NCBI GenBank assembly: GCA_964016885.1
Contig: OZ024741.1
Coordinates: 320,416,001 to 320,480,000, forward strand
DNA length: 64,000 nt
Reading direction: 5' to 3'
From: Eledone cirrhosa
Taxonomy: Eukaryota
The position numbers were made by a program, and so were the translations under genes. Of the stretch, positions 15,135 to 29,641 are shown piece after piece. The notes beneath the pieces were generated by a model. The model had not been told where the DNA came from. It saw only the letters and a program-made list of their open reading frames with translations, and ran no database searches. The first letter of the stretch is position 1. Each line of letters opens with the position of its first letter.

Positions 15135-15289
15135 GTAAAAACTTAAAACTAAAACTGAATACTAACCGATCCTTATTACTAATTCATACTTATTCCTAAT
15201 TAAACTATTTTTCACTGGGAAAAATTTGTCAGCATTTTCTTTTCCTTTTACTAATATATCACAACTCGTGTGTTACACCTCTATTCTTT

Positions 15290-15340
<51 letters not shown>

Positions 15341-15574
15341 GCCCTCTGTGTTCAAATCCCACTTTTATACTGTCAAAGCGTATAAATAAAGTACCAGTTC
15401 CGATTCTTCCTGTTTATACATCTTTCTCAATTCTATCTTGCCCTCTCTCTCTCTCTTTGCATATATTTCTCTTGAAGAAACTAGCTGTTCTGGTATCGAA
15501 GGGGAAGAGCACCATATGGTTTCCCCAGGTACATAAGGATTTATGGACACATGCAGCGCCATATATATATATAT

Positions 15575-17239
15575 TACAACAGCTCTGGCTAGCAGAATCT
15601 GGGATTTGAAAGACCAAGGCATCCAATATAAACTAGATTGGTCAATTTTGAACCAATCTAAAAAGTATGCTAGAGGAACAAGAAAATGCACGCTCTGCAT
15701 AAATGAAAAATTTTGGATATTGCAAAATCTCAAATCACCAAAGACCTGCCTGAACACAAAGACGGACATTTTTACCAGTTGCCCACACATGAAATCACAC
15801 CTGCTTTCCAGCTCATATAAACTTAACACACTTTCAGACACTTATCCTCCATAAACTCTGATTATTCTCTTTTTAATTACCCTTTCTGACTTACTTTCAT
15901 TCTTATCCTTGTCAATAATTTCATTTATTTTCACTTTTATTTATTTTTTTATTTATTTTTACTCCCCCCCCCCCTTATTCTCCGATCCACTTCCTATTTT
16001 CTATTTTTTACTTCCCCTTCTTTTACTTCCCTTTTTCCTCTACTAACTGATTATACATGTCTTTTGTGTTTTTCAATCTAGATATATTTTTCATTTTTAT
16101 TTTTATTTTATTTTTGCGCAGCCTATCCTACAATTTTATATTTGTATTTATTTATCCACATTTCAATATGGCTGAACGCCTTAATGTGTGTATATTTTTT
16201 TATATATGTACATGAGTGACTACGTATGTGCGCGCGCGTGTGTGTATGTATGTGTATATATATATATATATATATATGTACGTGTATGTATGCGTGTGTG
16301 TACTGGTGTTTGTGTGTGTGTGTATGTGTATATTATGCGTATGTGTAAGTGTCTTTATATCCGTGTTTTTGACATTTCGGTTTTATATTTTTTTGTTTCT
16401 TTCTTCTTCTCCCCCCCCCCCTTCCCTCTTTTGTTACTTACCCAGTTTCATACATGGGCATGCAAACAGGTTTATATGCGCGAGTATAAGTATGTGTGTG
16501 TGTGTATGTACGTATCGAACGCATGGAACTGTAAGTGCGCGTGTGTATATAAGCATAATTATTTTTACATTTCTTTTGTGAGACACGCGTGTCTGTGTAT
16601 GTATGTACCCCCGCTTTTTTTGTTTTCTTTAATTTTTTCTTTCTATCTTGTATTTCTAATTTATCGTTACTATATTTTTATAAATATATCGTAATAGATA
16701 CTTTTCTTTTATTTATTATACTCTCTTTACCTCCTTTCTTTCCGCATCTAAGTGTACGAGTGTCCAGGCGTTTTTATGCGCGCGACTTTATATTCTTATT
16801 TTTACGAAGTAACCATTTCCGTCTGTATAATACAGACATATAGATACATTTGCCCTAAATGTTTATAATTACGCACACTTTCTAACCATACATTTACACG
16901 TGCACCTATACATATATGCACATCTATGAGCGTATATACATACACATACACACACCTAACTATTTTTCTTGATAGATTTTTATATATTTCAATTTCTATT
17001 TCATTTATCTATATATTTTTTTGATTTTCTTGATGTGTTTTTCTAAGTATTTGCCCATGTTTTATATTGCCTCGTCTGACGAACGAATGAAGTCGTTTAT
17101 TTCGTATTCGCCTCATTCGGGAAACCTCTGGTAATGAGGTAATTATATTGTATTGATTTTATACATTAAATTTTGCTCTGATACTTACATAGAGCACTCT
17201 TCATTTCTATGACCTTTTCTGTTTCCAACTGAAATTTCA

Positions 17240-17243
<4 letters not shown>
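15575..17243 (+). mobile_element. Penelope-like 3' end: last ~90 codons of GIY-YIG + 3' UTR with hammerhead-like motif
   Basis: TALASRIWDLK..W.IL..CTLCINEK..LN.K..CPH is homologous to the C-termini at 32.7 kb and 61.0 kb. TA repeats on both sides. Confidence 0.8.
17070..17145 (+). ncRNA. Hammerhead-like core (stem I not evident)
   Basis: CTGACGA-aCGAATGA..TCATTCGg-GAAA-CCTC tggtaat GAGG-TA. Confidence 0.55.
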
Positions 17244-17327
<84 letters not shown>

Positions 17328-17814
17328 TATCTTCCTGCTTCAGAATTATTCATACATACGCACACACAAAGTCACATACACAAACACACATAAATGCATG
17401 CACACACTCGCGCGCGCGCTTAGGCGCGATGCTGAGTAAGAAATTTGGATTCGCAATCGTGTGGTTGTGATTTCGATTCTCAGACTGGGAGATACATTAT
17501 GTTCTTGAGCAAGACATTTATTTCACGTTGCATCTTCTGCCTGGATTTGCGATAGACAGATAGTATTAGCAATTGGAAAGACCAATGGAAACATTCTTTC
17601 TTCGGTCTGATTTGACGAGCTCCACCCCACTCGTTAAAAGAATACGATCTGGAATCTCCTCAATCGACTGTCGATAAATATATATCATTAAAGTAAAGAA
17701 ATATTGGTTGTGCCATATAAAGATATACACTTAAAACCATCACTCTTCTTTATAATATATATACACACATATAAGAACATGTGAAATACAATGGAATAGA
17801 TTTTAGCATCTTAT

Positions 17815-18385
17815 CAATTGAACATCTACCCTCTTATCAAAACATATAAAACAAGGCCCAACTTAAAAATTAGACCCATTGTTTCTTGCATAAATGGTCC
17901 TTTTTATAAAATTTCCTGGCTTCTCTCCAGACTTCTCAAACCTCTCTTTCAAATTTCCAGTTTGAGAGTCCAGTATACAAACAAATTTTCAGACCTGCTT
18001 GCAATCACGTACATGGACCAGTTGGCGCGCACTGCAATTACCACCTTCCGCTCTTTCTCCTTCTCCAGGTACGTAGATGACATCCTTATGCTCCAGGTAC
18101 GTAGATGACATCCTTATGTTGATCACGGAAAGACACCGTCAAGATCTACATCTTTGAAAACAGACACACGCATATAATTTGAGTTTGAACATCCAGACAC
18201 CACTGGATGTCTATTTGACCTTATTCTAAGAGTCACAGAAGAGGGAACCATATAAACCAAATTATACAGGAAGCATGTCTGCAGAGACATTTTTGTGCAC
18301 CACGAATCTACTTTTCCATAAACAGCCAAAATGGCCTATATATGGAATGAGATCTCCCGGATGCGCAACAGATGCAGAAATACCA
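17815..18385 (+). pseudogene. Degenerate Penelope-like RT fragment with internal deletions
   Basis: YPLIKTYK..IRPIVSCINGP, RYVDDIL, LYRK. A 28-bp tandem duplication spans YVDD (18063-18118). Confidence 0.75.
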
Positions 18386-20562
18386 AGTCAGCAACACTTA
18401 AAAAACAAGGAGGATACGCACCCACAAGTATAACATATGCTTCCTAAATGGATCAAGAAACGCATGTCAATGAGAGCCCCTTAAAACGCAGATGCCGTAG
18501 CCATGACATTGAGGTCACCTCAAGCAATATAGGCAATTTAAGGATTAAAGACATATTTAACAATTTACTCCACTAACATTAGTTGTCTGTATTATTTTAA
18601 CGTTAAATATCTTGCAATCCTGCATTTCAATATTTTGCAATACACACAAAATTTACATCGTATATATGTCGAGCAGTCTTCTATATGATTTATTCGTCAA
18701 TATTCTTCATCACAGTTTTTGTACGGTTTTGAAACACGAGGAAATATTTTTATGTCATAAATTCATAAAATTGAAGCGTTTTATTACTAATTTCCTAGTG
18801 CATTTTTTTTATCATATATACTAGCGCTCAATACCATTGAAATGTCTGATGTCATTTGTAAGTGATTTAGAATTTTGGTTTTAGTCGCCAATATTAAACC
18901 CATCTCTAAGTTTATTTTCACTTATATAGCTTTTTTTCATGCGAACGTCGTGCTTTGGTCTGATAGCGTGCACAAGTTGTCTCAGTTTTTTTTTTCACTT
19001 ATCACATGCTATTTTTCAATTTAAGCTGACATAATATGCATTTCAGCAGCTCTCTTAATATTGTCATGCCACATAGTATTATTTGGATTTCTTAGCAATT
19101 GTATAATCATGCCATCCCCATGTTTGATGTATGGTAATGTGAATGATTTTCAATTAACAATACATTTTGTGTTGTATTTTTCCGGTCTGTTGAAAGTAAA
19201 GTAATTACAGCGTAGAAGAATCATTTTAGCCATTAAAATAATAAACAAACAATACAACGCAAAAAGAGTTAAATTCACTATTTATTTCTTGGTGTCACAA
19301 TTTCCGTCGCATATTTTGCGGCCTAGTCGCTGACACATTGCCATTTCAACTAACTGTTGATTTGTGTAACTCTGTCAATGACCAGGTCGTAAAAAGGTTC
19401 AAGGAAAATATAAATAAATAATAGTAAACGTAAAGCGAAGTTTTTGTGGACGTTTTAATGGCTAAAATGAGTCTTTCCCGATGCAAATGCTAACAATACA
19501 TTGTTTGAATCTGTCAATTAAACAAATAGCTTTCTGTTACATAACATTTTATGAAGTTCGCTTATCACGATGATCACTGGCTTCAAAGTTATGAAGCACT
19601 GTAACATTGGCACAAGATGCCAAGTCTGGTATTCAACCAACTGCTGGTTTATTTACGGGTACGGCCAAGCATTATCATTTAATTTTTCTCCTAACTCATT
19701 TTATATTATACTAGACCCGTTGGGTCATGTTAACTTTAAAATAATTTTTACAGCTCTCTCCCGCTCTCTCTTCCCATCTCTCTCCCTCTCTCTCTCCCTC
19801 TCACACTCTCACTCTCTTTTCCATTTTCATTTTCTGTTTCCTTCTCTCTATCTCTCTCTATGTCTTTATTTCAATCTACTCTCTCACAACCACTATCTCT
19901 TTCTCTCTATCTTTCGCTTTCTCTATTTACGAAGGTACTCGGAAACCCGTATCTCGGCTGCCTGTGCTCCGATTTATGCGAAACTTGTTTGATTCCATTT
20001 GTATTCCCATTTCAGGGGCAACTCCCCTTCAAACTATTTTCCCATTATGCGCCTATTTGGCTGTATTAAATTACAGACAAGAGACAATCACAGAGTTTTA
20101 ATAGTATATAGATGAAGTAAGTGTCATAGATATGTATCGATACATATACAGAGCCAGAGATATTAGATAGATGGAGAAGGAGAGATAGAGAGAGAAGGTG
20201 AGAAAGAGAGGATGATAGATAGAAAGAAAGACAAATGCATACAAACATACATACATGATGATGGCTGCCCCCTCGTTATCGAGTATGGCCATTGCACGAG
20301 GAGAAAACAAAAATTAATAAATAAATTTAAAAAAAAATAAAAAAAAAAAATAAAAAAAAAATATATATATATATACAGACATACATATACATATATACAC
20401 ACATATATATATATAAACACACACATATACATTAATAACAATAATAATAATAATAATAACAACAATAATAATGACAACAACAATAATAATATACATATAC
20501 ATATATATATACACATACACGTGCACACATAAACATATCTATACACACACACACGATAGCAA

Positions 20563-22205
20563 CTAACAGCGCTGCGATCGAATGTGGCTTTTTAGCCCAG
20601 CCAATGATCTAAAATGTCTTGCACAGAGTCGGCAACCAAAACATTCACTGGGAATAGTCGGCTGTGGTTGGAGTTCATGTACTTTTGCATGTCGCTTGAG
20701 CCCTCCTGCTGATTTACATTCTCTACCACATGTTTGGCAAGCATGATGAGTAGCATCTCCAACAGCAGCCTGGTAGTCAACCACTGGTCTTACTTTATGA
20801 CTGTGAAGATGACTTTCGAGTCCAGCTTTGCTTAGGCAGAGTCTCGCACAGACGCTGCATGTCAGCACCATAGGAGGACCCTCGCCGTCTGGAAGTGCAA
20901 CAGCAATGCCCTTCCTCACATCCCGCTTTACTTTCTCGTATGCGATTCGAGATGCCTCAAAGGCAATTTTTCCCTCATATACAGTCTTTCTCCATTTATT
21001 ACGATCAGCAACAATATTTTCCCATGTATCAGCAGAGATGTTAGCGTCTTTCAAAGAGGCTTTCAAGGAATCCTTATACCTCTTTTTTGGTCTATGTGGC
21101 GGTCGTTTTCCTTTAACCAACTCTCCATAAAAGAGTTGTTTTGGTATTCTAGAATCCTTCATCCTGGCAAGGTGACCACTCCAACGGAGTCGTTGCTTAA
21201 GCACAAGAGCTTCTATATTGTCACACATAGAGCTTTCTAAAATCTCTACATCACTGATGAGGTTTTTCCAGTGAACGCCATGGATCCGTCTGAGACACAT
21301 CTGATGGAAACCCTCCAATTGCTTAAGGTGGTGTCGATATGTGACCCAGGTCTCGCAGGCATAAAGAAGACAAGAGAGCACACATGCCTTGTACAACTTT
21401 ACCTTTGTCCTCCTGCATATGTCTCGCCGACCCCAGAGTCGCCTTTCTAGCTTTCCGAAAGCATCACTTGCTTTCCTAATCCTAAGTGAGATTTCACTGT
21501 CAAGGTTGCTGTATCGATTGACTGTGCTTCCCAGGTAGACAAACTGATCAATCACTCCAAGTCGTTTACCATACACATAGATATTTGGTTCAGTGTACTG
21601 CTTACCAGGGGCAGGTTGGTACATGACGACGGTTTTCTTGAGATTGACAGTCAATCCTAGGGCAGTGCAAGCGTCAGAAAATGCATTCAAAATGTGCTGC
21701 ATATCACTCTCTGTGTGCGCTACAAGATCGCAATCATCTGCATACAAGAGGTATCTTTTGATTGATGTAAATACTTTTGTCTTTGCAGCAAAGCGCCTGA
21801 TGTTAAATATGCTGCCTGAGGTTCGATATCGGATGTAAACACCATGCTCGCAATTCCTGAATGCAATACAGAAAACCATTGCAAAGTATATGGCAAACTG
21901 GGTCGGTGCTGGAATATCCCACTGTTTCACTCCATTTTTTACTGAGATAGGCTCCGACATGTTACCTCCGACATTAACCCAAGCCTTCATGTCGTCATGG
22001 AAACACCTAACTAAAGCAAGGAACTTATCAGGGCAACCAAGTTTCTGGAGAACCTTCCATAATGCATCTTTTTTAACAGTATCGAAAGCTTTTGTCAGAT
22101 CGACAAAAACCTGATACAGATCCAAGCCTTGTTCCATGCACTTCTCCTTGAGCTGTCTAGCTGAGAAGATCATATCAGTAGTGCCGCGTCCAGCACGAAA
22201 ACCAT
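20563..22205 (-). pseudogene. RTE ORF 3' part: RT domain + three C2H2 zinc fingers
   Basis: GFRAGRGTTDMIF, FVDLTKAFDTV, LLYADDCDL, FVYLGS, LRWSGHLARM. Fingers CSVC..HLHSH, CQTC..HAKVH and CRLC..HIRS. Confidence 0.9.
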
Positions 22206-22214
22206 CTTTTGAAT

Positions 22215-22618
22215 CAGCCGTCTGTCGCCAGTGAAGATTTCCTCAATCTCATTCCAGAAAGTCCTGTGAAAGTAGCTCTCGCAGAACCTCCGACGCTTGT
22301 GGAGGTTGCAGTGGCTATTTCGAAGCTGAACAGTGGATGATCTCCAGGTATGGATGGAATACATGCTGAGCTCCTACAATATGGTGGTGAGAGACTCCTG
22401 CAACATCTTCACTCTTTGTTTGGCATATATAATAAATCCGTACCTGAGGACTGGAGAGATGCAGTATTGGTGGTCTTGTACAAGGGAAAGGGTAACAGAA
22501 ATGATTGTGGGAACTACAGTGGTATATCATTGCTTTCTGTCGTAGGGAAAGTTTTATGTAGGTTGCTTCTGGACCGTCTGCTGACACACATTGCAGATTG
22601 TGTTCTTCCTGAAAGTCA
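22215..22618 (+). pseudogene. Inverted upstream piece of the same RTE RT ORF
   Basis: SPGMDGIHAELL, VPEDWRDA, YKGKGNRNDCGNYSGISLLS and VLPES, which are the motifs that normally precede (Q)xGFR. Confidence 0.88.
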
Positions 22619-22713
22619 CATACATACATACATACATACATACATACATACATACATACATACATACATACATACATGCATACATAGATACATACATGCA
22701 TACATACATACAT

Positions 22714-23030
22714 AGAAAGAAGGCATGCACAGTAGTGGAAGTTAGCTGCCCAGTAGATGCCAACATAATATCAAAGATTAGCGAAAAGGATAATATTTAT
22801 GCAAAAATAATAAAAAATCTGCAGATACTCCACCCTGACTATACCTTCAGATTTATGCCAGTGTTTATTGGGACAGTGGGATATGTTAGTAACTGCCTCA
22901 GTACAAATCTTGAGAAGCTGGGTTTCACAGGAACAGAAAGAACACAACTAGTTATGAAATTACAAGTACAATCCATTAATGGAACAATAAAATATATGTA
23001 AAACATTCCAAAAATGTTGTATCTAATAAC
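22714..23030 (+). pseudogene. 3' fragment of a restriction-like-endonuclease non-LTR element (R4/Dong/NeSL-like)
   Basis: CTVVEVSCP..KISEKDNIY..PVFIGTVG..LEKLG matches the C-terminal RLE pattern. It begins right after a (CATA)n tract. Confidence 0.65.
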
Positions 23031-23264
23031 TGCATATACACATGTACAAATACAAAGCGTATGCACATGCACACATACAACTTAAAACATACACATCCAC
23101 ACATACAATAACTTCCATACCTACACATGCATGCAGACATGAATACAAGTCTACCTAGTTGATGTTGTGTAAATTCTAATGAGAGAGTCTTGTGTCTATG
23201 TTAGAAACCGACTCTCTCTCTCTCTCTATTGGTAAACATATGTGAAATTATAAAACCAGAAGAA

Positions 23265-23540
23265 CATACATACATACATGATAGCTGTAACTCGATATCG
23301 AGTAATGCCATTGCTTGATACTTAAGCATAAAATCACGGACGTGGCTTTTTAGTCCTGTTAGTGCATTGACTCTCCTGAGTTCCTCCACCCTTTGACCAC
23401 TTTTGTTTTTCATTCCCCACGCTGTCCAAAATCACCCTTCTCACGAGGCAAGCTTGGTGCGGTTGCCGGTTTAGTCACCGACGATCGGTCCATGCACAGG
23501 TCACTCTTCAGCGCTACTGGTAACATATAACCCAGTACAT
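23265..23540 (-). mobile_element. Shorter relative of the 3372 element, with its 5' ~36 bp inverted
   Basis: Shares GACTAAACCGGCAACC..GAGGAACTCAG..GAGTCAA with 3436-3546 and has an RTE-like 3' end. (CATA)n on both sides. Confidence 0.65.
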
Positions 23541-23554
23541 ACATACGTACATAA

Positions 23555-23618
<64 letters not shown>

Positions 23619-24192
23619 GACGATCTTCCGAAATGTCTCTCTAACAAATTTCGCTCAAAAGGCTATATTTGCTCGTAGCTAATTCTTATTCCGACATAAC
23701 ACCGTGCTTATTATTGATTGAAGAACGTCCAAAACTTTATCTTGCAGGCAAGGAATAAAATGTATTTGATTTATTGAATATTTCGTCTCTCTATTGTACA
23801 CAAAAATACATATTTATATTTTTATGCACGCGCACCCACCCACACACATACTCACACGTATGTACGTATGAATGTGTCATTCTTACTATACATTGATGAG
23901 ATGAATTCAATGGATTAGCTTATTTTTTAATGAAACAAAAAAAAATATATATATATGCGAACGTCCGGTGGCGCGGCTTAAGTAAAGATAGGTAGGAAAA
24001 TGTGAGTAGAATGTATAGAATTCGAAAAATGAAGATGGTGCGTGAATGTATATAAGAGAGAAAAAATAGAGACAGAGATAGGGTAATAAGACAGAAGCGG
24101 TGAGAAGCGAGGGATATTGAGAGAGAATGGGTAAAAATACATAAAGCAATACCTACTTGATGTATGTCCATGTATGTAATTATATGCATGTG

Positions 24193-24315
<123 letters not shown>

Positions 24316-24842
24316 ATACTTTAATGTAATATACTATATTCTATATCTGTCAGCTACCAATTCAATGGATTCCGATGTTGATGTACTGTTTCAAATCCTG
24401 CTCCTGTCAAATTGTAGTTTCAGGTTCCCATGAGGATTATGTAAGATTTACTTCCTATCATTGATCATTTTATATCGAATATAGATTAACGATTAAGACT
24501 CCGTAGCTGTAGCTGTTATTGTTGTTCATATAACTCTTCATTCTATTGCTGATATTAATGATGGTTTTTTTTTCTATACGTTCCTCTCGATATTTTTTGT
24601 TGCTTGTAATGTCGTCGCCATATTTGTTGTTCCTCTTCTGGCTAAGGTCTTATTGCTTCTCAGTTTACGCTTTCTTAATGTTGTTCTTGTTCTTGTTCTG
24701 AATTCTACAGCAATGTTTGTTCTTATTGCTTGATACTGCTATTGTTTTTCTTGTCCCCGTCATCGTTGTTTTGTTGTTATTGCTGTTGTTGCTGCTGCTG
24801 TTGTTATAGTTATTGTTGCGAGATGTATTGCTGTAATTGTTG

Positions 24843-24960
24843 TCTGAGTTCAAATCCCACCGAGGTTAACTTTACCTTTTCTTCTTACGGGGTCAATAAA
24901 ATAAAGTACCAGTAATGCACTGGGATAACTGCTGGCCTTGTGCCAAAAGTAGAAACAATT
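24843..24960 (+). mobile_element. SINE, same family, 5' truncated
   Basis: GAGTTCAAATCCC, core and tail. Confidence 0.75.
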
Positions 24961-25482
24961 ATTTTCGTGTCTGTAGTTGTTGTGTTGTTAATGTTGTTTT
25001 GCCGTTGTTGCTATTGTATTTTGTTGTTGTTATCATTTTCGTGTCTGTAATTCTTGTTAATGTTTTTGTTGTTGTTGTTGCTATTGTTTTTTTTCTTTTT
25101 GTTAATATTGTTGTTATTATTTTCGTTGCTGTAGTTGTTTTTAATGTTACGGTTTCGTTATGTTTAGTGTTGTTTTGCTTTTCAATTTCGCCATTGTTAT
25201 GGCTGTTACTGATGTTGTTTTATTCCACCTAATATAACAGTTATTCTTGTTTTTACCATGCACTTTGTTTTCGTTGTTCTTAGCTAATCATGTTGTTGTT
25301 ATTGTTGCTATTGTTATTAGTTTCTTGTTGTGGTTGTTTGCACTTGGTGATGTTTTCTTTTATATTGATTATGGGTATTCGATTTGAGGTTTCAATGAAG
25401 GTCGTAGCTGTGGTAGGCGTAGTTTTTGTTGTTGCTGTTACTATTGTTATTGTTGTTGTAACAGTAGAAATTGTGGTAATAA

Positions 25483-25655
25483 TTGTTTCTACTTTTGGCA
25501 CAAGGCCAGCAATTACACCCAGTGCATTTTATCGACCGCGTAAGGATGAAAGGCAAAGGTAACCTCAGCTGGATTTGAGCTCAGAACGTAAAGAGTCATA
25601 ACTCTATGCTGTAAAGCATGGTGTCTGACGTTCTACAGATACTACTAACCCACTA
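25483..25655 (-). mobile_element. SINE, same family
   Basis: Reverse complement of head, core and tail. Confidence 0.75.
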
Positions 25656-25802
25656 CCATAATAGCATATCTCCCAAGTTCTGGCAATAATACTATTTATT
25701 TCGGTGGTAGTGGTAGACTGGGTTAATAGTGATAGTGGTTGTAGATTTAATGATAGTATTAGCTTTGTCATCATCGTTACTAAAAGAAGCAGTAGCAGCA
25801 AG

Positions 25803-25858
<56 letters not shown>

Positions 25859-25896
25859 AGATGGTGGTGGTGGTAGTAGTAGTAGTAGTAGAGATG

Positions 25897-25947
<51 letters not shown>

Positions 25948-26399
25948 TGAATCTATTAATATTCACAAGAGCTACAAGCCCTCAAGTGAACCTCTACTAG
26001 AAATAGTTTCTAAATCTCCTTCACACCACGTCCTTCAATTTTTAAAATGATACTTCGTAAGTGTTCTCCTAGGTTATTTGCACACTCGAGAAAGATGGGT
26101 GGTTATGTCTCAAATACCTTTAAACGGAGATCTGCGTAATCAGAGCTAACAAAAAAATACAATAAAACACTAAAATTAAACTAGTGCAGAAAAACCTCTA
26201 CTAACAGCATCCACTTCAAAAACAATTGAAATACTATAAGTACCACCAATAAAAACACGCACAAAATAGGAACAATCACAGCAACAATAAGAAAACCACC
26301 TTCAACAAAAATAACAACATATCTATATGAAAAAATACGAGGCCACTTAAATTGCTAGACATAGTAGCTGAACCTGCACGAATTGCATCATATTATGTA

Positions 26400-26590
26400 G
26401 GGGGGTGGATTGGCAGTATCGGTAGACCGTCAGGCACCATGCTCTGCTGGATAGAGTTATAGTCCTTTACGTTCTGAGTTCAAATCCTGCCGAGGTTGGC
26501 TTTGCCTTTCCTCCATACGGGGGTCGATAAAATAAAGCACTAGTAATGCAATGGAGTAATTGCTGGCCTTGTGCCAAAAGTAGAAACATT
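26400..26590 (+). mobile_element. SINE, same family
   Basis: Head, core and tail. Confidence 0.8.
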
Positions 26591-28818
26591 ATTTTAGGAA
26601 AGAAGTATACGTTAGATAATCTGGTTTTAGGTATTCAAATGAATGGGATGGTCATGATTGGAATGCCTTTGCTCACAAATGAGCTTGATTTGGACAGACC
26701 TGAGATTAAACAGCAACATAATACCAATATTAGCAATCATAAAATTGTCTACGTGGTCACTCGAACTTCTAGAAATAGCTGCCAAATCTGAGTCTTAAAA
26801 TGTAGTAGAGGAGGACATGTTTGTTAAAAGTCATTGATACACAGTAAAAAATATTCTGTGAAGAATAATATCACAGGATGGTCATAGATGGATGGTAAGT
26901 GATCATAGTCTACATGACTAAAGTGAGTGCGCAATTAACAACAGCCACCACACCTCTCCAACAATAACAACCACAACAACCATATTTAATATTACAAGGC
27001 TACAATAGATAATATAGCCCTAGATACTTCTAAAAAAATGTGGTGGGCATGGTTAGAATGATTTTAGTCATAGGTTTGTTCAATCAGCACTGATCTAACG
27101 CTAAATATAAAAACAACAATCTCAACCAGCACAACCAGTGAGACAGTCTCTACGCACCCGTGCAACCTATTAGATATAACAAAGGGGTCTACCTTAAATT
27201 ACACACTACCGTTCTAGAAAAGATGACACATTTGATGACGAGGTCTCGGGTTCACTGGGCAAAGGAAAGAACCAGGATTGAAAAATGAATGATTTTTTAA
27301 ATTTATATCCACACTGCAACAGCAATTACAAGTTTTATCAATCACTTGTGAAAAATCTTCCAACCTAGGCCAAACAAATACGTCAAATCGAAAATTACAC
27401 AGCTTCCACCATAATTTTAACCCAATCAATCTTAAAAAGCAATAGAGATATCTAAACACTTTGAAGCCTCGTGGCAGATAATATCACGAACATACTAAGG
27501 CCTAAAGAAATCACTTCACTACCCAACATGAACAATTACTAGTACCAGAACTTTGTTAAATTATCAGGAAGCAAAATTATAGCAATTTTAAAATCCAAGA
27601 AAAGCACAAATGAAGTTGTAGCAGGCAAAAGTCCCGCCTTTCGATGTACATTTTAAAAAAGTCTAAAAATATTAATCCTAAATAGTAGTGCATCCTCTCT
27701 TCGAATTACAATACAGATTCAAACTGCTACACTTAAATACTGCACTATTCTCACATTAAACACAGAAAAAGCATGTGACATTAATAAGAAAACTTTCCCA
27801 TACGTACGTGTCTAAATGCTATTAACACCAACAAATGTTTCGACTCTATTCTCAGCTATTCCCTTACACAAATCATACTCAGCACCACCTGAGGAAATAA
27901 GGCAAAACCTTTTTCTAGAAAATTAACTGCCAGAACACCCAGCCAGTGTAGTCTACAAGAACAACTCTCAGAAATTGCTATTGCAAACACCCGAAGTACA
28001 ACATTTATTCTCAACCTCTCTCAACCATTCTCTCAACTTCTCGTCATTCTGTAGACAGTACTTCAACTACTCAAACTACATACAAACAATCACTACTCAC
28101 AACACACAGAGAAGACGATAGAGTTACACACAACATTCCCGCAATATTCAGAAAATTTCAAGAAGAGGTACTGAAGAACACAAAACGATGCATAAACATA
28201 CTTAAAACAATCAACGACTGCAACAGAACTAACATCAACATAACATCGACAGTAGAAACAATAAAACAAACTACGGCAATTACATCAACCAATAACATCA
28301 GTCAATGCCTCATGAGCTGCATAAACATTAACATGTACCACAACACCATCTACAACACAAACAATAACAACAAACACAACAGCAACACAAATATAAACAA
28401 CACCAACAACAACAATATCACCAATACAAAAAATAACAACAGCAACAACTACGACTTAGCTACTAACAACATCAATAACAGCAACTTCAGAATAGCTACC
28501 AATAACAACAACCACAACCATAAGTTATACCAAACATGGAATATCAATAATAATTAATAAAACAAAATAAAATAAACTATCTTTGAGGAAACTGGAAAAC
28601 TATAAGACAAAATAAAATGATGATTTGACAGCCGAGTGGTTGGTTTGGTGGTGGAAATATAAGGTGGAAATATTTTTATGTTCGGTGTATGTTCAAATAA
28701 AAGTAGCTGATGTGGAAGTGAAGAGGTGTATGGAAGTGATGTAGGATGAAATTTGAATGACAGTATTATCTTAGCATTCAAAACATGACTTGTCATTTTT
28801 TCTTTGTTTACTTGACAG

Positions 28819-28890
28819 AAGAAGGAGGATGAAGAAGCGGCAGAATCGATATTAAAAGAACTCTTTTGTACTGTTTTGTATTCACCCTAA
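28819..28890 (+). CDS. Candidate terminal coding exon
   Basis: tttttctttgtttacttgacag| acceptor; frame KKEDEEAAESILKELFCTVLYSP*; AATAAA cluster at ~29530-29570. Confidence 0.25.
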   Translation, partial: KKEDEEAAESILKELFCTVLYSP

Positions 28891-29053
28891 ATACAATGAT
28901 GTGATATTTATTTTATTAGATAGTTCGTAGATTTGGCAAATATTTACAAATGTACATATAACATTCGTACACGTACATATGTATATGTATATGTGTATAT
29001 GTATTTATGTTTGTATGTGTGTATGTATATATTTATGTATGTATGCATGTATG

Positions 29054-29120
<67 letters not shown>

Positions 29121-29641
29121 ATGTGTGTGTGTTGAGGTGTTTTTCTAGAATACAATTGTACTTAAAACATTCATACATTAACTGAATGAGTACTCAATAC
29201 GTGTAAAATATATTTTCCGAAGTGTGTAAAATATATTTCCGAAAGAAAACGTTTTTGTGGCTTCACTAAGTTTGTGACTAATCTTGTCGCGTTACGTTCT
29301 GGAATATGTTTCTTTATGGGACTCATTTCTGACTTTGATTTGGGTTTTCATATTTATTAGTTGACGCCGGACGTTTTTTTCTGTTTTTCTTTTTTTTTTA
29401 TTTGCTTTATTGATATCCGAATTGTTGGTGTGTTTAATAATACAGTTATTTCTAATTGAATAGCTGTCCCGACGTGGGTATGTATCTTTGTTGGTTTGGA
29501 GTTATATCTATTTTAAAGCATATGTATAAGTAAATAAAATAAATAAATAAATAATAAATAAATAAAAGCATATATATAGGAAAATGTTTGGTATGAACAG
29601 GGCATATATGGATAAATTATTAATATGAATTTTATTTTGTA

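Larger units (their letters stand above)
20245..22618 (-). mobile_element. 5'-truncated RTE-type LINE with inverted 5' segment
   Basis: RT and C-terminus on the minus strand (20563-22205). The upstream RT portion is on the plus strand (~22215-22618). An RTE-like 3' terminus (..CTCGATAACGAGGGGCAGCCATCATCATGTATG, minus) is at ~20250-20300, separated from the stop codon by simple repeats. Confidence 0.85.

Noticed and set aside
27230-28000. Possible very old LINE RT remnant
   Set aside because: Only faint motif echoes in broken frames; too weak to call.
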